A stretch of DNA of 64,000 nt from NCBI GenBank assembly GCA_973895155.1, contig OZ316896.1, positions 17,286,754 through 17,350,753 on the forward strand, read 5' to 3'. Under the pieces are notes generated by a model. The model was given only the letters and a program-made list of their open reading frames with translations. It did not search any database and was not told where the DNA came from. The first letter of the stretch is position 1; every line of letters starts with the position of its first letter. Both the position numbers and the translations under genes were made by a program. The DNA comes from Marsupella aquatica (lineage: Eukaryota; Plantae; Marchantiophyta). Below are positions 36,193 to 48,953 of this stretch, in pieces.

Positions 36193-39129
36193 AAAGTTGG
36201 TGTGAAAGACAACAGTCTCGATCTCAAAAGATGCATTCCTCCCCCTTCAAAGTAAAGGTGTTACATTGAATGCATCAAAGAAGGTACTAAAATTATGTCT
36301 TATATAATAGGACCTCTCAAAGCTTCAAAATCATGGATGATGACATTTGGCCATAAGAGAATGATCATAACTTTTTCACAAGGTTATATAAAAGTGTTTT
36401 TTTTCTGTTTTTTCTGTGACCACCTCTATAGTGACTAATGGCAATGGCATAAAACCAATCCTTATGGCAAAAAATTCATGGACTATGAATTTCATAGTCC
36501 GTAACTTTTTGTGTCCATAATCCATAACTAGGGACTTAAGGTCCATCAAATCACAGCTTTGACCCCTAATGATCAGATCAGAGTCTACTTTGGCATTTTG
36601 AGAGTTTGGTGATTATCAAAGAAATATGAGAAAATCTTCATACACCAGATGAGAGTACCAGCACTTTGATTCAAATTAGGGTGAGTTATTGTTTGACATG
36701 AACATGAACAACTGGGTGTTCAATATTTCTGGGCAAATTTTTAAGTTACTCATTTTAGAACATCTCCAGCAGTTGAGGGGTGTGAATGGCAATCTTCGGA
36801 ATAAGCGTTCAAGCCTTATTAGAATGTTCCCAATGCCGCTTCCATCCCCAAATTGTGGGACCAGATATCCATTATTTCCCATTTCCTAGATTCAACACCT
36901 TCCTGGCACTGCACCCGAAATGATCACAGGCTTCACGAGCCCTTGAATTCGAGAGTGGCTCGTTCGTACTCATGCCAAAACTGCTGTGCGTGCAGTAAAG
37001 GTCGAATACGCTGAGCTAATCAGAGATTCAGAGACGTAGATCGATCACACTTATGAAGACGGAACGTGACACTGCTGTACAGTCCAGACGTGCCGTGAAA
37101 GAAAAGGGAGAACCGGGGAAGGCAGCTCAGATCTCTGAGCTCTTAGCTCTGAGCTATGATAGAGCGTCCCACATTCCCACCTGGGCACCTGGCCGAATGA
37201 CAAGTGAGCTGCACCAGGCTTTCTTGGGCACGTCAGATCCGAAGGACGCTGACAAGCAAAACGGCCAAAGGGATTGTGATGGAGTTGGGTCACTTACTCA
37301 CTTGGGTGTGTTGGGGTACGTGTGAAATCCTCCATTAATCCCTTCGGCGAGTTTCAAGTTTCTAGTAATGTCGATAACACGTACTAATGTGTGAGAGAAA
37401 CGAGCATGATTGTGGTCGGTGCTGTGGATAAGCCTGCACAGGGCTTTCTATCAATAAAACAGTCATGCGAATGGTACGATTCATCCGTAGAACTCACCGC
37501 CTACAGTGCTACGCAGGGGAGGCGCATAAGTGCATTCCGTGGGTAAGTGTAGTCCCTTAATATTATAATTTTTTTTTGTAAATGCACCATCTGAAAGTTG
37601 ACGTCATTACACGATAAAATACTGAAACCTATAATATATAGGTTGTTCCTTGTTTTCGTGAAACTAAAGCCCGGATGTACCTCCACTTTGTCCAAAACTT
37701 CCATGAACATTCAAACCAACTCAGATTATTCTGTTTACACTTTTGATTGAAATGTGACCTGTAAACGGTCTCCTTATTGTTTGCAGCCGGTTTCAATAAC
37801 ATTAACGAACCAGTTTCCTTGGTACCTTGACAACTTGACTACCTTGAACTTGAAAGACATCAAAACGTTATGCAATTATTCAGGATCACCATGATGTCTT
37901 GACTGTTTTTTCCCCAAGGTCGTCAAAGTTGTCAACTACAATCCGCAAGCGGTTTCTTTTTCTTTTCGGTGTACGTGAAAGCGATGATCCCTTTACACAA
38001 TCATGGAGATGGGCAGGGATAATGTCTCGGTCCATCCGGGCTTTTATTTCTGTTTTTATATGGTGGTCGATAAGGTTTTAAAAACATGAGAAAAGCATGC
38101 AAAGAAAAACTTTATTTTCACTTTGTTGTACTTTGGTGATTGTTGTCGCCTCTCTTTTGCATCATTATATCTTGTACTGGATGACATTTTTACATAATAA
38201 TATATTTCTAACAAACAAAATATTCCATTCAAGATATCTTTCATAGCATGATATTTTTCTCAACTGCATCTTTAGCACAACATCATCTATTATGCATTGA
38301 CATCTTTCGCCAAATGATATCTTTTACTAAATTACATTTTTTGCTCAACAAAATATTTTACTTAACAATATCTTTTACTTAACAACATCTTTAATACAAG
38401 AACATGACTGTTTATTCAACAACATACACATCTTGTGTGCAAGGGGATTGAAGTGGTGTAAACATATTCAATCTCAACAGTGCACATGAATTAACAACTT
38501 TTAAGTACATTGCAGTCACTAAAGATGTTTGAATTAACAATATTGCTACTGTATTTATTTACAAAAATGATAAAGTTTTTGTATATGGTTCTCTTGGTTA
38601 CCTTGGTAAACTTGGCATACATATACTAAATGGTGACATTTTTATAAATACAAAAAATAGTGTCAATTAGAACTTCTTTAGTGGTAAAGTACTTAAAAAT
38701 TACATAAATTAATCAATAAATACAATACATATGTTAGAAATATTTATTGATAAGTGTAGGGACAACTATACATGGTAGTTTTATGCACTTATCCACTTGA
38801 ATTGTACACTCTTAGGATTCAGGGTATGAGGAGTCAGATATGCATGAACTTGACAAGACACTTGCAGAAGTGCATAAGCAATTTCACATGCACTTACTGA
38901 AAAGTGCAACATGCACATATTAAAGAAGTGCATACATGATACCCATACTCTTATCATATGACATAGACAGTGCATAAAGTGGACTAGTGCATGTTTGGGT
39001 GTCTTCCCATGAGCCTTCACTAGACTTAAAAGAAAAAGTGTTACTTGATGGACCCCTGACTACTATAAATGGGGTCAATAGGCGAGGCTAAGCATGTTGG
39101 GTGACATGAACCTGTAGCTCCTAAAAGAA

Positions 39130-39342
39130 CATATAGGGGGCATTTTTGAAGGGATGGCTTCCATGTGATGGCGCCTCTCCCTAAATAAATGGCAACCAGC
39201 TTCCATAGTCATAATTAAATGACCTAGTTATTGCTCAAATTGAGCATATAGGGGGCTATTTTTAAGGGATCATTCATGGCTTCCAGGTGGTGGCCCCGCC
39301 CTATCCCTAAATAAATGGTGACCAGCCTCCATTGTCATAACT
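39130..39342. repeat. ~115-bp direct duplication
   Basis: catatagggggc.tttt.aaggga..atggcttcca.gtg.tggc...ccctaaataaatgg..accagc.tccat.gtcataa at ~39130 and ~39245. Confidence 0.8.
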
Positions 39343-40723
39343 TGGCTGCCTTATTTGTTAGAAATTGTAGCTTGTATTTCCATCTACGTCACACATTCCA
39401 CCACACGCCATAAGATCCTGGATAGGCTTGCAATTGTGAAAATTATTGACAACACATAAGTAACTTTCAAGAGGATAGAACTCAGAGAAGAAAATGGTAA
39501 AGTGTCGGTGACGGAATTCAATATAGCTAGGGGCTGGGATGGGGCCTTCTTTCATTGATTTCTCGGCCTCCAAATGATGGAATACTTTTTGGGTTAATTT
39601 AGTAGCTAGTTCACCCCTAAACCACTGGAGATGCTCTAAAATGAACAACATTAAAAAATTGTCCAATATTTCACTTGCCTAGCCCCCAAAATACCAATAG
39701 AGTTATTTACTCCTCCATCTTCACGAGACAACTCCTCCATTATGTATAGCTAAGTCCATAAGAGCATCAAGAAATGTGATTCATGGGGGTTTTCAAAGAC
39801 CAACGTTGTGGGTCCATAGGAGCATCATTTTCCCAAAATATGTTAATAATTTGGCGAGCTTACATTCGACTTTGAAAAGAACTTGGAAAGATTGGTTTCT
39901 AGCCAACAATCCAATTGCTACCCCCTGCCAGCCAGGCCAATAAATGTGCGAGTGGCCTCCGTGAAACCAAGTCACCAAATCAAACACAATTTACTCCACC
40001 AGATCCATGCCGATTCAAAACATTATTTGGTACTGTAAAGAGACTACCTCAAAACAACGGTCCTGTTGCCTCTACCTGGGGTGTGGGACATACCTGAAAA
40101 ATTATAGCACACCGTTAGAGCAACCCTTTGCTGGAATCTGTGGAAAGATCAATCGGAGCTTGCACTTCTTGTAGCTCACCAGATCGTTAGCACTGGCAGT
40201 CATTTACAAGTCTTGGCATAGGCTTGGAATTTACCGCTGTAAGGATTGGCCCGACATCAGTCAAGGATAAGGGCTGGTAAATCCGCTTCTGAGGAAGCTC
40301 TAAGTAACATGTCCTTTGACTACAGTACATGGGCTGGACTATGGGAAGTGCATGAGGAAATTCTGCAAGTTTCAGGTGTCCCCCCTGTCCCCCCTTGAGC
40401 ATCCTAACCTTTCAGGAGTTGAAGTGACACTGTAGGCTAGACTGATAGTATTGATTTTTATTGCGGACCCACTCTTAAGTACCCGGCCGGTTCCTTTTTC
40501 CCTGCATGGCCGGTCTTTTGGAGTTGTGCCCCTCCTCCTGCAGTGATTAAATTTCTGGTTTAGCTTTCTTTCTTTGGGGTATACTTCCCTCCTGGTTTCT
40601 GGCCTCCCCCGTTTTTTGGTTCCATGACCTTTGGTTCTCCTGGGTGCCAACCCCCATTTGTGGACCACCCTTGTTGTATGTTAGCTTTTGGATTCAAATC
40701 AATTGGTTTTTTCAAGGCAAAAA

Positions 40724-40904
40724 TGAGGTATGTGCTTGATCAACCCCCAAAATGAAACTTGTTACTTGATCTGCCCCCTGATGTCTATCAATGGTCCAGA
40801 TCTGAGATCAAAAGGTCCATCAACGGTCCAGATTGGGGAAAAGTATAGAGGGGGTTGATTGAAGCAAACTTTTTCCAGAAAGGGGTCTACTAAGCATATC
40901 TCTC
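40724..40904. mobile_element. ~180-bp MITE (Mutator-like), copy 2
   Basis: Aligns end to end with 7625-7804 and has its own TSD GGCAAAAA at 40716-40723 and 40905-40912. Confidence 0.85.
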
Positions 40905-41571
40905 GGCAAAAAACAGTCCGGTAAGGAGAGTGTCTCAAAACAACGTTCTGTGAGGAAACTGCCTCAAAACAACGGTCCTGTAACGAGACTGTCTCAGGAA
41001 AGACCTCATGTACCCAACGGCCCCACTTCTCCTGATGTGGAGTTCAATTCGTATTCGTACGTATTTCTATCATACCTTTAGATGAGAATGATGACGATGA
41101 TGAGTGAGGATTGATCGAGGTGATCCGGCCCCGGATAATGAAGTTTTCATCAGATAAAGACTGAGGAATATGTGCTGCAATTCCCCAAATCCGGACCACG
41201 TACACAATAATTATAAGCACTTCAGTACTAACGTCCAGTCTGAGAGCAAGGAGGTGCGAGCGGGTTTGCTGACTGTGGATCGAATTTGAAAATGTCATTG
41301 AATGTGGGTCGGGATCAGTTGCTGCATGCTTGACATCTCGCTCTCCGCGCCGACTGGACTCTAGTGTCGGCAGGAATTCTTTCGTTAGTCTCTCCCTGTC
41401 CCCCAGTGACTTGAATTGAATTGTTGAAATCTCATCCCGACAGCTTCTGCAGCTGCTAGCTATCCAAGGCCGTCCTGTACCGCACTCACAGTACTACGTA
41501 CTCCAGATATCGATCACTCCTATCACAGAAACGGTACATCTGTCAAGGCATGGAAGCTCCTCCAGCCCTCC

Positions 41572-41583
41572 TCCTATATAGAC
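41572..41583 (+). promoter_or_regulatory. Candidate TATA box for the EUL lectin gene
   Basis: cctatataga lies ~1.2 kb upstream of the ATG. This would need a long or intron-containing 5' leader; a possible acceptor is cgcag at 42757. Confidence 0.3.
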
Positions 41584-42765
41584 CCTGGCCCAGTGGTTTA
41601 GCATCAGTACGTCATAGCTGGGCCTGCATCTCTGATTGAACTATCTAACTTCTAACAGCCACAATTCTTGCTGCTATTTAAAGGCTTCGTAATCTGCTAT
41701 TGAAAGATATCTGGTGCAGCATCTTCAGTGGGTTGAAGATAACTTCGTGGGTGAACGTGCGTTGAAGGCGTCTCGTGCTCAGCAATCTATCTGGTAGCCT
41801 TCTGAGACTTGGTGCTCGTGCCTTGCTTGTTTTGTTGTGGATGCATGTTGCGAGCTGAATCTTGTGATAATGAAATCACAGAAGGGGAACTTGGGATTTC
41901 GCAGAGATTTCACTTTCTGTCAATGGACCGGTCAATGGACATGTTGAGATTTCCTTCATCCCTGCTGATTGCTGATTGAAAGAGAGAGTGGGCGCTGCTG
42001 AAGGTGGATTCAGGCACGTTCACTGAGGAGATGAGCGGCTGTGATTGTGCATATTGCGTCGCCTCATTACTCAACGTTCATAGTGTCCTACAAGCTTTAT
42101 TTGTAGACTGTTTTCCAGCGCTCTCACACTGATCGGTAGTATGGTTTATCGTCGGTTATCCGATCCCATGAGTCCTCCTGTCTGCAGGGGCCGGCCTGGT
42201 TGCCTCTGGGTCGTTTGTCTACAGATCAATCGAGCTTCAATGAGGCACCACAAACCTAATTTAATGTAAGCTGGGTGGCTTTCCTTGCTGTGGGATTGTG
42301 CGGAGACTTACATAATTAATATCACTTACTGTAGTTGTCTATAATGCAGCATGTGAAAAGTTGAATCTCCATTTTAGTGATGGTCCTTACATTGACTGGA
42401 CCCTCCGCATTGAGCTCATAAAGCTGTCGTTGTGCCATTTGTTTAATAGATGTATATCAGTGAACATTTGGCAGTCAGATGAGTGAACGTGTCAACACAA
42501 ACTGTTCGCCGCAGTTCCAGATCACTCGTTGCAGGCAATGCCAAACTAGCAGCCACAGAAGTCCCACCCCTACGGCCTCGTGGCTGTGTGCAAGCTGCAT
42601 TTAGCTGAAGCTTGCTCTGAGGAGTTGGTTCTCGATCAATTCGTTGACTGGGAGGGAGGAAAGATTATCAATAACTTCAGTTTTTGATCTGATGAGTGAC
42701 TTATTGTGGTGTGTTGCATGTCGACTCGGTGGTCTCCATGGGAAGATCTACGCGCAGGTATAATC

Positions 42766-43808
42766 ATGGAATCCCTCTTTGGCCACCACCATAACTCTGG
42801 CCACCAAACTGCTCCTCCTCCAGTTCAACAGTCCCCGGCTACTCATCAGGGACACATGGGAGGTGGCCCAGGCTACAATCAAGAGCCCGTCGCACCCCTT
42901 GTCACCGTGTTCTCGGAAGCAAACCGCAACTTTCGTCTCACATCCAGGGAGGATGGGGTGGTTCTGGCTTACAAGAACCAGCAGGACCCCAAGCAGGTAC
43001 ACATTCATCACATTCATCACGACACTACTGTAACATTGGTGTACACGTCGCAATTATTTTCAAACAGTCTCTTTCTTTATGCAGACACGAGAAAGGAAGT
43101 CAGACAGTCGCTGCCATCAATTTTGTGAAATTAGAGTTCGATCAGGTTTTCGCAGATAAAATAGTAAGTAAAGAAATCGCCACGAGCGATCGACGTAGTT
43201 GGATTCATTCGCCAAGTCAGGGGAGTGATCGGTCTAGCTGTCTAGTCCATGATTGAAATCATTCGTTTATTTGTGTGATATCAGTACTGGACCAAGGTGG
43301 ACTACGGTGACAAGTTCGTCGATGAGGAGGGACAGCGGGCATTTATCCTCGTCAACAAGGCCACAGGACACGCTCTCTCTCATGGCCAAGACGCCGGTGC
43401 AGCAGTACGTTCCATTAACTCGTCTGCTCGCCGTTGTGTCACACCCTGCTGCAAGAATGGTTGTTGGGAAGGGCAAAATTGTATTTGATCGATGAGCCAA
43501 TCGTTAAAATGTTCAGGATTTGACATCAGAGCTTGAACTTACTCGTGAAAATTTGTATAACGCAGGTGACCCAGGAGCCTTACATTCAGAATGGTATTGA
43601 CAATTCTGTGCTTTGGAGCGAAGGAAAGGATCTGGGTAAAGGCTACCATGCCATTCGGGTGGTGACTAACATCCACCTTAATCTGGATGCTGACCACGGT
43701 GACAAGAAGCACGGTGGCATACAAGAGGGCAATCGCCTCGTCGTCCACAACTGGAACAAGCAGGAGAATCAGAAATGGATGATCACGCCGGTCGGCCCTG
43801 AAGATTAG
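42766..43808 (+). CDS. EULS3: Euonymus lectin (EUL) family ricin B-like lectin
   Basis: Exons 42766-42996, 43285-43404 and 43566-43808, all with phase-0 GT-AG introns. Motifs VVLA...DPKQ/YW.K......VDEEG..AF.LVNKATG.AL.H and SVLWSEGKDLG.GY.AIR...NI.LNLDA.HGDKKHGG...G...V...W....NQKW match the family. The N-terminal extension is His/Gln/Pro-rich. Confidence 0.92.
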
Positions 43809-45001
43809 ATGTAAGCGGGCCAACTTTGGAGCCAGTTTCCATCTCTCTGGGCAGCACTTGTTTGGCAGCGATTCTCTTCTTAAAACACAACGGATTTAAT
43901 TCCTCCTTTCATTTCTTGGGTTATGTTATCATTGAATTCGAAGGCACTTAATTATCTATTTTTTGTCTTCGCTGATTCAGTGTGCTCATGAGTTAATTTT
44001 GTTGCGTTTTTTCCAGGATATCCTAGTAAGTGCTCGAATCCCTCATGGAGAAGGATATGTGCAGAAACAATCACATGAAATTGTTACCCCGAGTCTGATT
44101 TTACAAAATAGTGTACACAGCTTCAGCTAAACATAAGAGAACACTCACTGGATTTTCATCTCGCGTCTGCCGATCGCCTTGATGAGACTTGTCTAGTTCT
44201 CTTTTTGTTGAAGTGGAGCTACTGTACACCTTGGCGGGGGATCATCCAGCGCTTCCTGATGGGAAAGGATTTTGAAGTCTAGTTCTCGTTTTGTTGAAGT
44301 GGAGCTATTGTACTCTTTGTGGAGTGATAGGATCCGGAGAATTTGTTCGGTATTTTGTATAGTGAAGCTCTTTTTGTACAGAGTGCTAGGATCCGGAGAA
44401 TATGTTCGGCATTGTCTGTATTTGCAAAGGAGAATATGTTCGGCATTGTCTGTATCGATGTACTGCTCTCAACACTGGAATGTACATGTATTTTGGTTCG
44501 ATCACAATGAGCTGAAAGCGCAAACCCATCTTAACTTTCATCGATGACTGATTACTTTACATTACAATGTATGGCTCTGCATTACTACAATGCAAGAGAA
44601 CCGTAATCAATTGTCCTGCAAACAGAATCGGTACACCCTAACTAGAAGTACATAACTACTGTAAAACGGTAGATTCGGATAAAACCGATCAATCTATAGG
44701 TAGCGCAGAGAACATGAGGAAGAAATTCTTTTCTAACCACGAGAGATAAGGTTCCGCAGTTGCGAGCAATGTCAGTCGTTCATTTGAAGCCATGGAAGAA
44801 AAGACAAAGAAACGACATTGTGCAAAGTTGTCAACAAAGCCAATACAATTGAAAATCAAACCATTCAGAATTGACACAAATATCGCAACAGTCCTTCCAA
44901 AATTGACAACCTTTCTGGACCAACATCAGGCAGCAGAATGTATTGTACAACCTAACCGACAATCTTATGTCATCACTTGAGAAGGCCGTGGTTATTTTGT
45001 G

Positions 45002-46249
45002 TCAAACACAAGTGACGTAAGAATCCGACGTGTGCGCTGAGTAGGACGAGGAAGACGAAGAAGAAGAGGAAGAATGAATTGCTCCCGTCTGAGAGGGACT
45101 TGAATCAAACACGACATCCAGCCTAGGCTCGAACAGAAGTGTTCCAGAACTGGTGACTCCCTCAAGACAGTGGAGTGGGATTTGCTCATATTCAGACGGT
45201 ATAGACCACCAACACCCCTTAGTCAAGTCACACATGTATCTCAGAATCCTCCTCTGGCGGCCAGACCCTACACCAACATAATCCCCATTGGCAACAAACA
45301 CAGAAGGATGGCCTATTGCAGCAAGCTCCTTGACAAGTTGCTCTGGCATGCTCAAAACCTCCACCCACTCAAGCATGGCTTCATCTAGCTGCCACAACTG
45401 CACACTCAAAAGCCCAATCCATACAGCAATGCCCCCGCCCAACAACAGCCGACCCCTATTCTCGAACAAACAAGGAAAAGAAAGGTCTTCTGGCATCCGA
45501 GCTTTCACTTCTTCCCAAGCTATGGGCCCAACCCTGTAAACATGATAGGTCTTCTCTGGATCGTCCACAAAATAACCCCCTTGCAGCTTTTCGGTCAAAC
45601 AGAAGAGAGAGCCGTTGCAAAATGCAGCCCCTTGAACTTCATGGCACACATCTCCGGGGTCCGAAGGGTCTGTCAGCAAGCTGCCACTCATTTCCCACCT
45701 TCTGTATGTGGGGTCATAGAGTTGGAGTCTCAAAATATCTGGTCCTTGAGGGTGCTCTCTGAAGGTCTCGTCGACCGCAAAGATTTTGTAATTCTGGGTG
45801 GACTTGTCGAGGACCATTCCCATGATGTAGCAATTGTCCATCTGTATCATGGGAGGGATCCTCCTCTTGTGCTTGCTCACGGGATTGAAGACCAGCAAGC
45901 GACGGTCATGCGGGTCAAGGTTTCTGTAGAACATCAAACTGCCAGTGGCCTCGAGGATTGCTTCTCTAGTGACCGAATGATAAGACAGGAAGCAAGAGGC
46001 CACATGCCATTTGCTTGAACTTGAGTCGTAAACCAAAGGGCCTTCACAAGCAAAGACGATCCAAAACGGAGCTGATGAAGGTACCCTGGCGCAAATTCTT
46101 CTGAAGCTCGGATTTTTCACTGCCGCATTCCAGCTCTTGCAAACTGAGCGAAGCCTGCAAAAGCTGCGGATCGGAAGCCATGCCAGAATCGTGTGGATGA
46201 CCTCCTCCGGCAGGTGCTTCTCCCAAACTGTGGGATCCATTGGTTCCAT
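45002..46249 (-). CDS. F-box/kelch-like (F-box associated beta-propeller) protein, intronless
   Basis: N-terminal F-box MDPTVWEKHLPEEVIHTILAWLPIRSFCRLRSVCKSWN is followed by repeats YDSSSSKW, VFNPVSK.KRRIPPM, YKIF, YDP..RRW, AAFCNGSLF, RGRLLLGG and WQLDE...EWVEV..MP, then LLFEPRLD. The first ATG is at 46249; the listed ORF start at 46276 is GTG. Confidence 0.9.
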   Translation of the reverse strand: MEPMDPTVWEKHLPEEVIHTILAWLPIRSFCRLRSVCKSWNAAVKNPSFRRICARVPSSAPFWIVFACEGPLVYDSSSSKWHVASCFLSYHSVTREAILEATGSLMFYRNLDPHDRRLLVFNPVSKHKRRIPPMIQMDNCYIMGMVLDKSTQNYKIFAVDETFREHPQGPDILRLQLYDPTYRRWEMSGSLLTDPSDPGDVCHEVQGAAFCNGSLFCLTEKLQGGYFVDDPEKTYHVYRVGPIAWEEVKARMPEDLSFPCLFENRGRLLLGGGIAVWIGLLSVQLWQLDEAMLEWVEVLSMPEQLVKELAAIGHPSVFVANGDYVGVGSGRQRRILRYMCDLTKGCWWSIPSEYEQIPLHCLEGVTSSGTLLFEPRLDVVFDSSPSQTGAIHSSSSSSSSSSYSAHTSDSYVTCV

Positions 46250-48953
46250 CTTTGCCCCTCTCCAATTGTGGACCACAGCAAGAGAAAGCCGGCCAATGTC
46301 ACATTTCTATGTACCCTCCCTCAGACTGGAGATTTGATGGCCGATTCTTCTCGTCCCTCACGTTTTTATTCATCTGGAATATGGAGCAGACAGTGCTACT
46401 ATCAGCCTTGAGTAAGGGCTTGACTGTCCATGGATGTTACTGACTTCAGAACTATTCAGAAAAGAACTGTATGGCCGTACATAACAGAGCTTGAATTGAG
46501 AGCTATCAACCTCGATATCGATTCACATGAAGACCATCAAGTTCATTTTGACGGAATTTCTATTGAACTGGAGAATTGATGTCGAATATTTGAATAGATT
46601 GCCAGTATTAGAGAGCAACAAGCTCATGAATTAGGCGAAAGGATACCTGCAGGGATGCCAACAATGCTGACCAGAGTGTTTCTGGCTAATCCAGTTTCTT
46701 ATCTTTCGCGCAAAATAGTATGATCGCGTGAATTTTCCAATCAGCAGCAAGAGGGTCATGTCTACATGATATCCGGAGTTCCAAATTTGTGTCATCCATT
46801 TCAAGTTTTTTCTCCCGCTTTCTCTAACATTTTCGAGCCAACCATTCATTGAGGATCGATGCGATATGAAGGGCTTTTTGTGTGACAACTCATCGGGATC
46901 GGACGCTATCGATCTTTGCCTGAAATATATCGATCGGACATGCACAGATGTGGGATCACAAATATGGAGCCCCCCTTCCTTTGATCTCGAAGCATTCCAA
47001 TCCTTTGCAGTGAAAAGTTTTGATCGAAAGAAGACTCACAACAAATTTGTAAAGAAGTCTTCGAACGCACATCATGGATTCGAACGGCGGAGCCAGCAGA
47101 TGCTGATTCTATTTAGTGGCACGCCATGAAATTAGACTCTAAATCTGTTGTCAAACCGTGCGTCTATGATCAGAGCGAAACGAAGCAAATAGTATTGGAA
47201 TTCTTGTGAATATCCTCATCAGCTCGTTTGGGATGAAAGGGCACGTCTTTTGGACGCAGCAGGAAGTGGCCGGGAAAGTTACTGAATTAAGGATCGAGTT
47301 GAGGATCTTCTCAGCAAATTCAGTCGGTTTCATCGACTCGGCCAATATGTTATTACATGCTCATTGTTACTCTGACCCTAAATTGAGTCTGGCAGATCGA
47401 GAAGTCAATCGATTCAAAAGAAGGCCGTGATGATCATCAATGGCATTCTTGTGGCTGTGACCGTCTTCTCGTCGTTTTTCTTGCATGAATTGCCTGCCTT
47501 CAAGGCGTCTCCCAAAATGCTGAACATTTTCCGGGTGTTCGGGTTTCTATTCATGGCGGAAGGGATTTGCGGCTGGCTCAGGAGAAGCAGATCTTCGAGT
47601 TCCTAAACCCAATGAATCCTTCTCATTTCAAGTCTGTCCGTCATTGACCGAAAAGATTAAACTAACAGAAAGGACGAAGAACCCTTAGAAATCGACCATC
47701 TAGAGTTGATTTCACGATTAGGTCTTTAGGAAACCAAGGGAGGGAGGACTGATTGTGGACTCGAGTGTTTAATTCGATTAGAGCTTTCAGTCCAATCGTG
47801 TTACACTTCTTGTGCACTTTTATCTGTCGCAAGTAGCAGATAATTTCAGGGTTTAGGACCATTTATTTGGATATGTGGACCCTCAAAAGTGCACTTGTTA
47901 TGGGAATTTGTTTCTCTTCAGTTCAGGTTGGATGACCGTTTTGACTCTTGTGATGTTATAGACAGACTACAATGTGGTTCTGAAGCTCCCGGCCTGCCAT
48001 TTGAGTTTCGGTTCAATCTGGGCAGGCTGTTGGACAGATTTGTGTACAAGTCTACTGCTGGAGAGCGAATTTATACAAACCCGTTCCTGAGGTCCGTCTG
48101 ATTTAGGACACCAACCTTAATTTCGATGTACTCTGTCTGCTTCCTAAGTGTTTCTCCGATTGTGATTCAATAGGGTCCTGAGTCAGTTGCTCCATCGAGA
48201 GGAAAGAACAACGCACCAAGGGCTGTTGCAAAATCCAGCTAATTGACATATGGAAGAAAGCTGGAAATCACCATTGTTTATTCAGGACAATTGTGGGATT
48301 CGCATAGCATGAACATACAACTCCTTGAATCAGATTTTTCATTCTCTATATGCAGACAACTCGTTAGCTTCCCTTTGCCATTATTAAGAACCCAGATGAT
48401 ATGTGTTTCATGTTTTGTGTGTTGGCTATCACTGTACAGTGCCCACACCTTTGGGCAGGGAAAGTAATAGCTTAGATGGATGTCGGAGTGGATCCCACTC
48501 AGCTCCATCAGTCTCTTGACCGACTCTGTGAGTCTCTTGTACAGAGCATTGGATCAGCCGAATCTCAAGTTAGTCACACCAAACCAAACTCTGTTTTTTC
48601 CTGTCATGTACCAAGAAGCATGGCCTAAGGTTTGACAGAGAGTATAAGGGAATTTGGCAGGTTTCTATAGTTTGTGAAGGCTCCACATTACACTAGTGCA
48701 TGTGTTGCATTTGAGGCAGCTCGTCTACGAGTAAGAGCAGGACCCTGAGGTTAATAACCCGGTGGGGAGTAGGGCAGCTGTTTACAAGGGTTATGGTGAA
48801 CAGAATACCGTAGCAATGATGCACTGACTTGACGCAGTCCAACCGTAGAATAGTTCTTAAAGGTGTTTCTTAGACACAAGAACTTATCCATCTCGTTCAT
48901 AGCTTTCTTCAGTAGTCTTACTCTCTGTAGAAAAATTACTTAAGGTACAAAAA

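Noticed and set aside
45170-46411. Plus-strand ORFs up to 158 aa overlapping the F-box gene, and similar antisense ORFs over HSPRO, the lectin and SCPL
   Set aside because: These are antisense shadows of real coding sequence.
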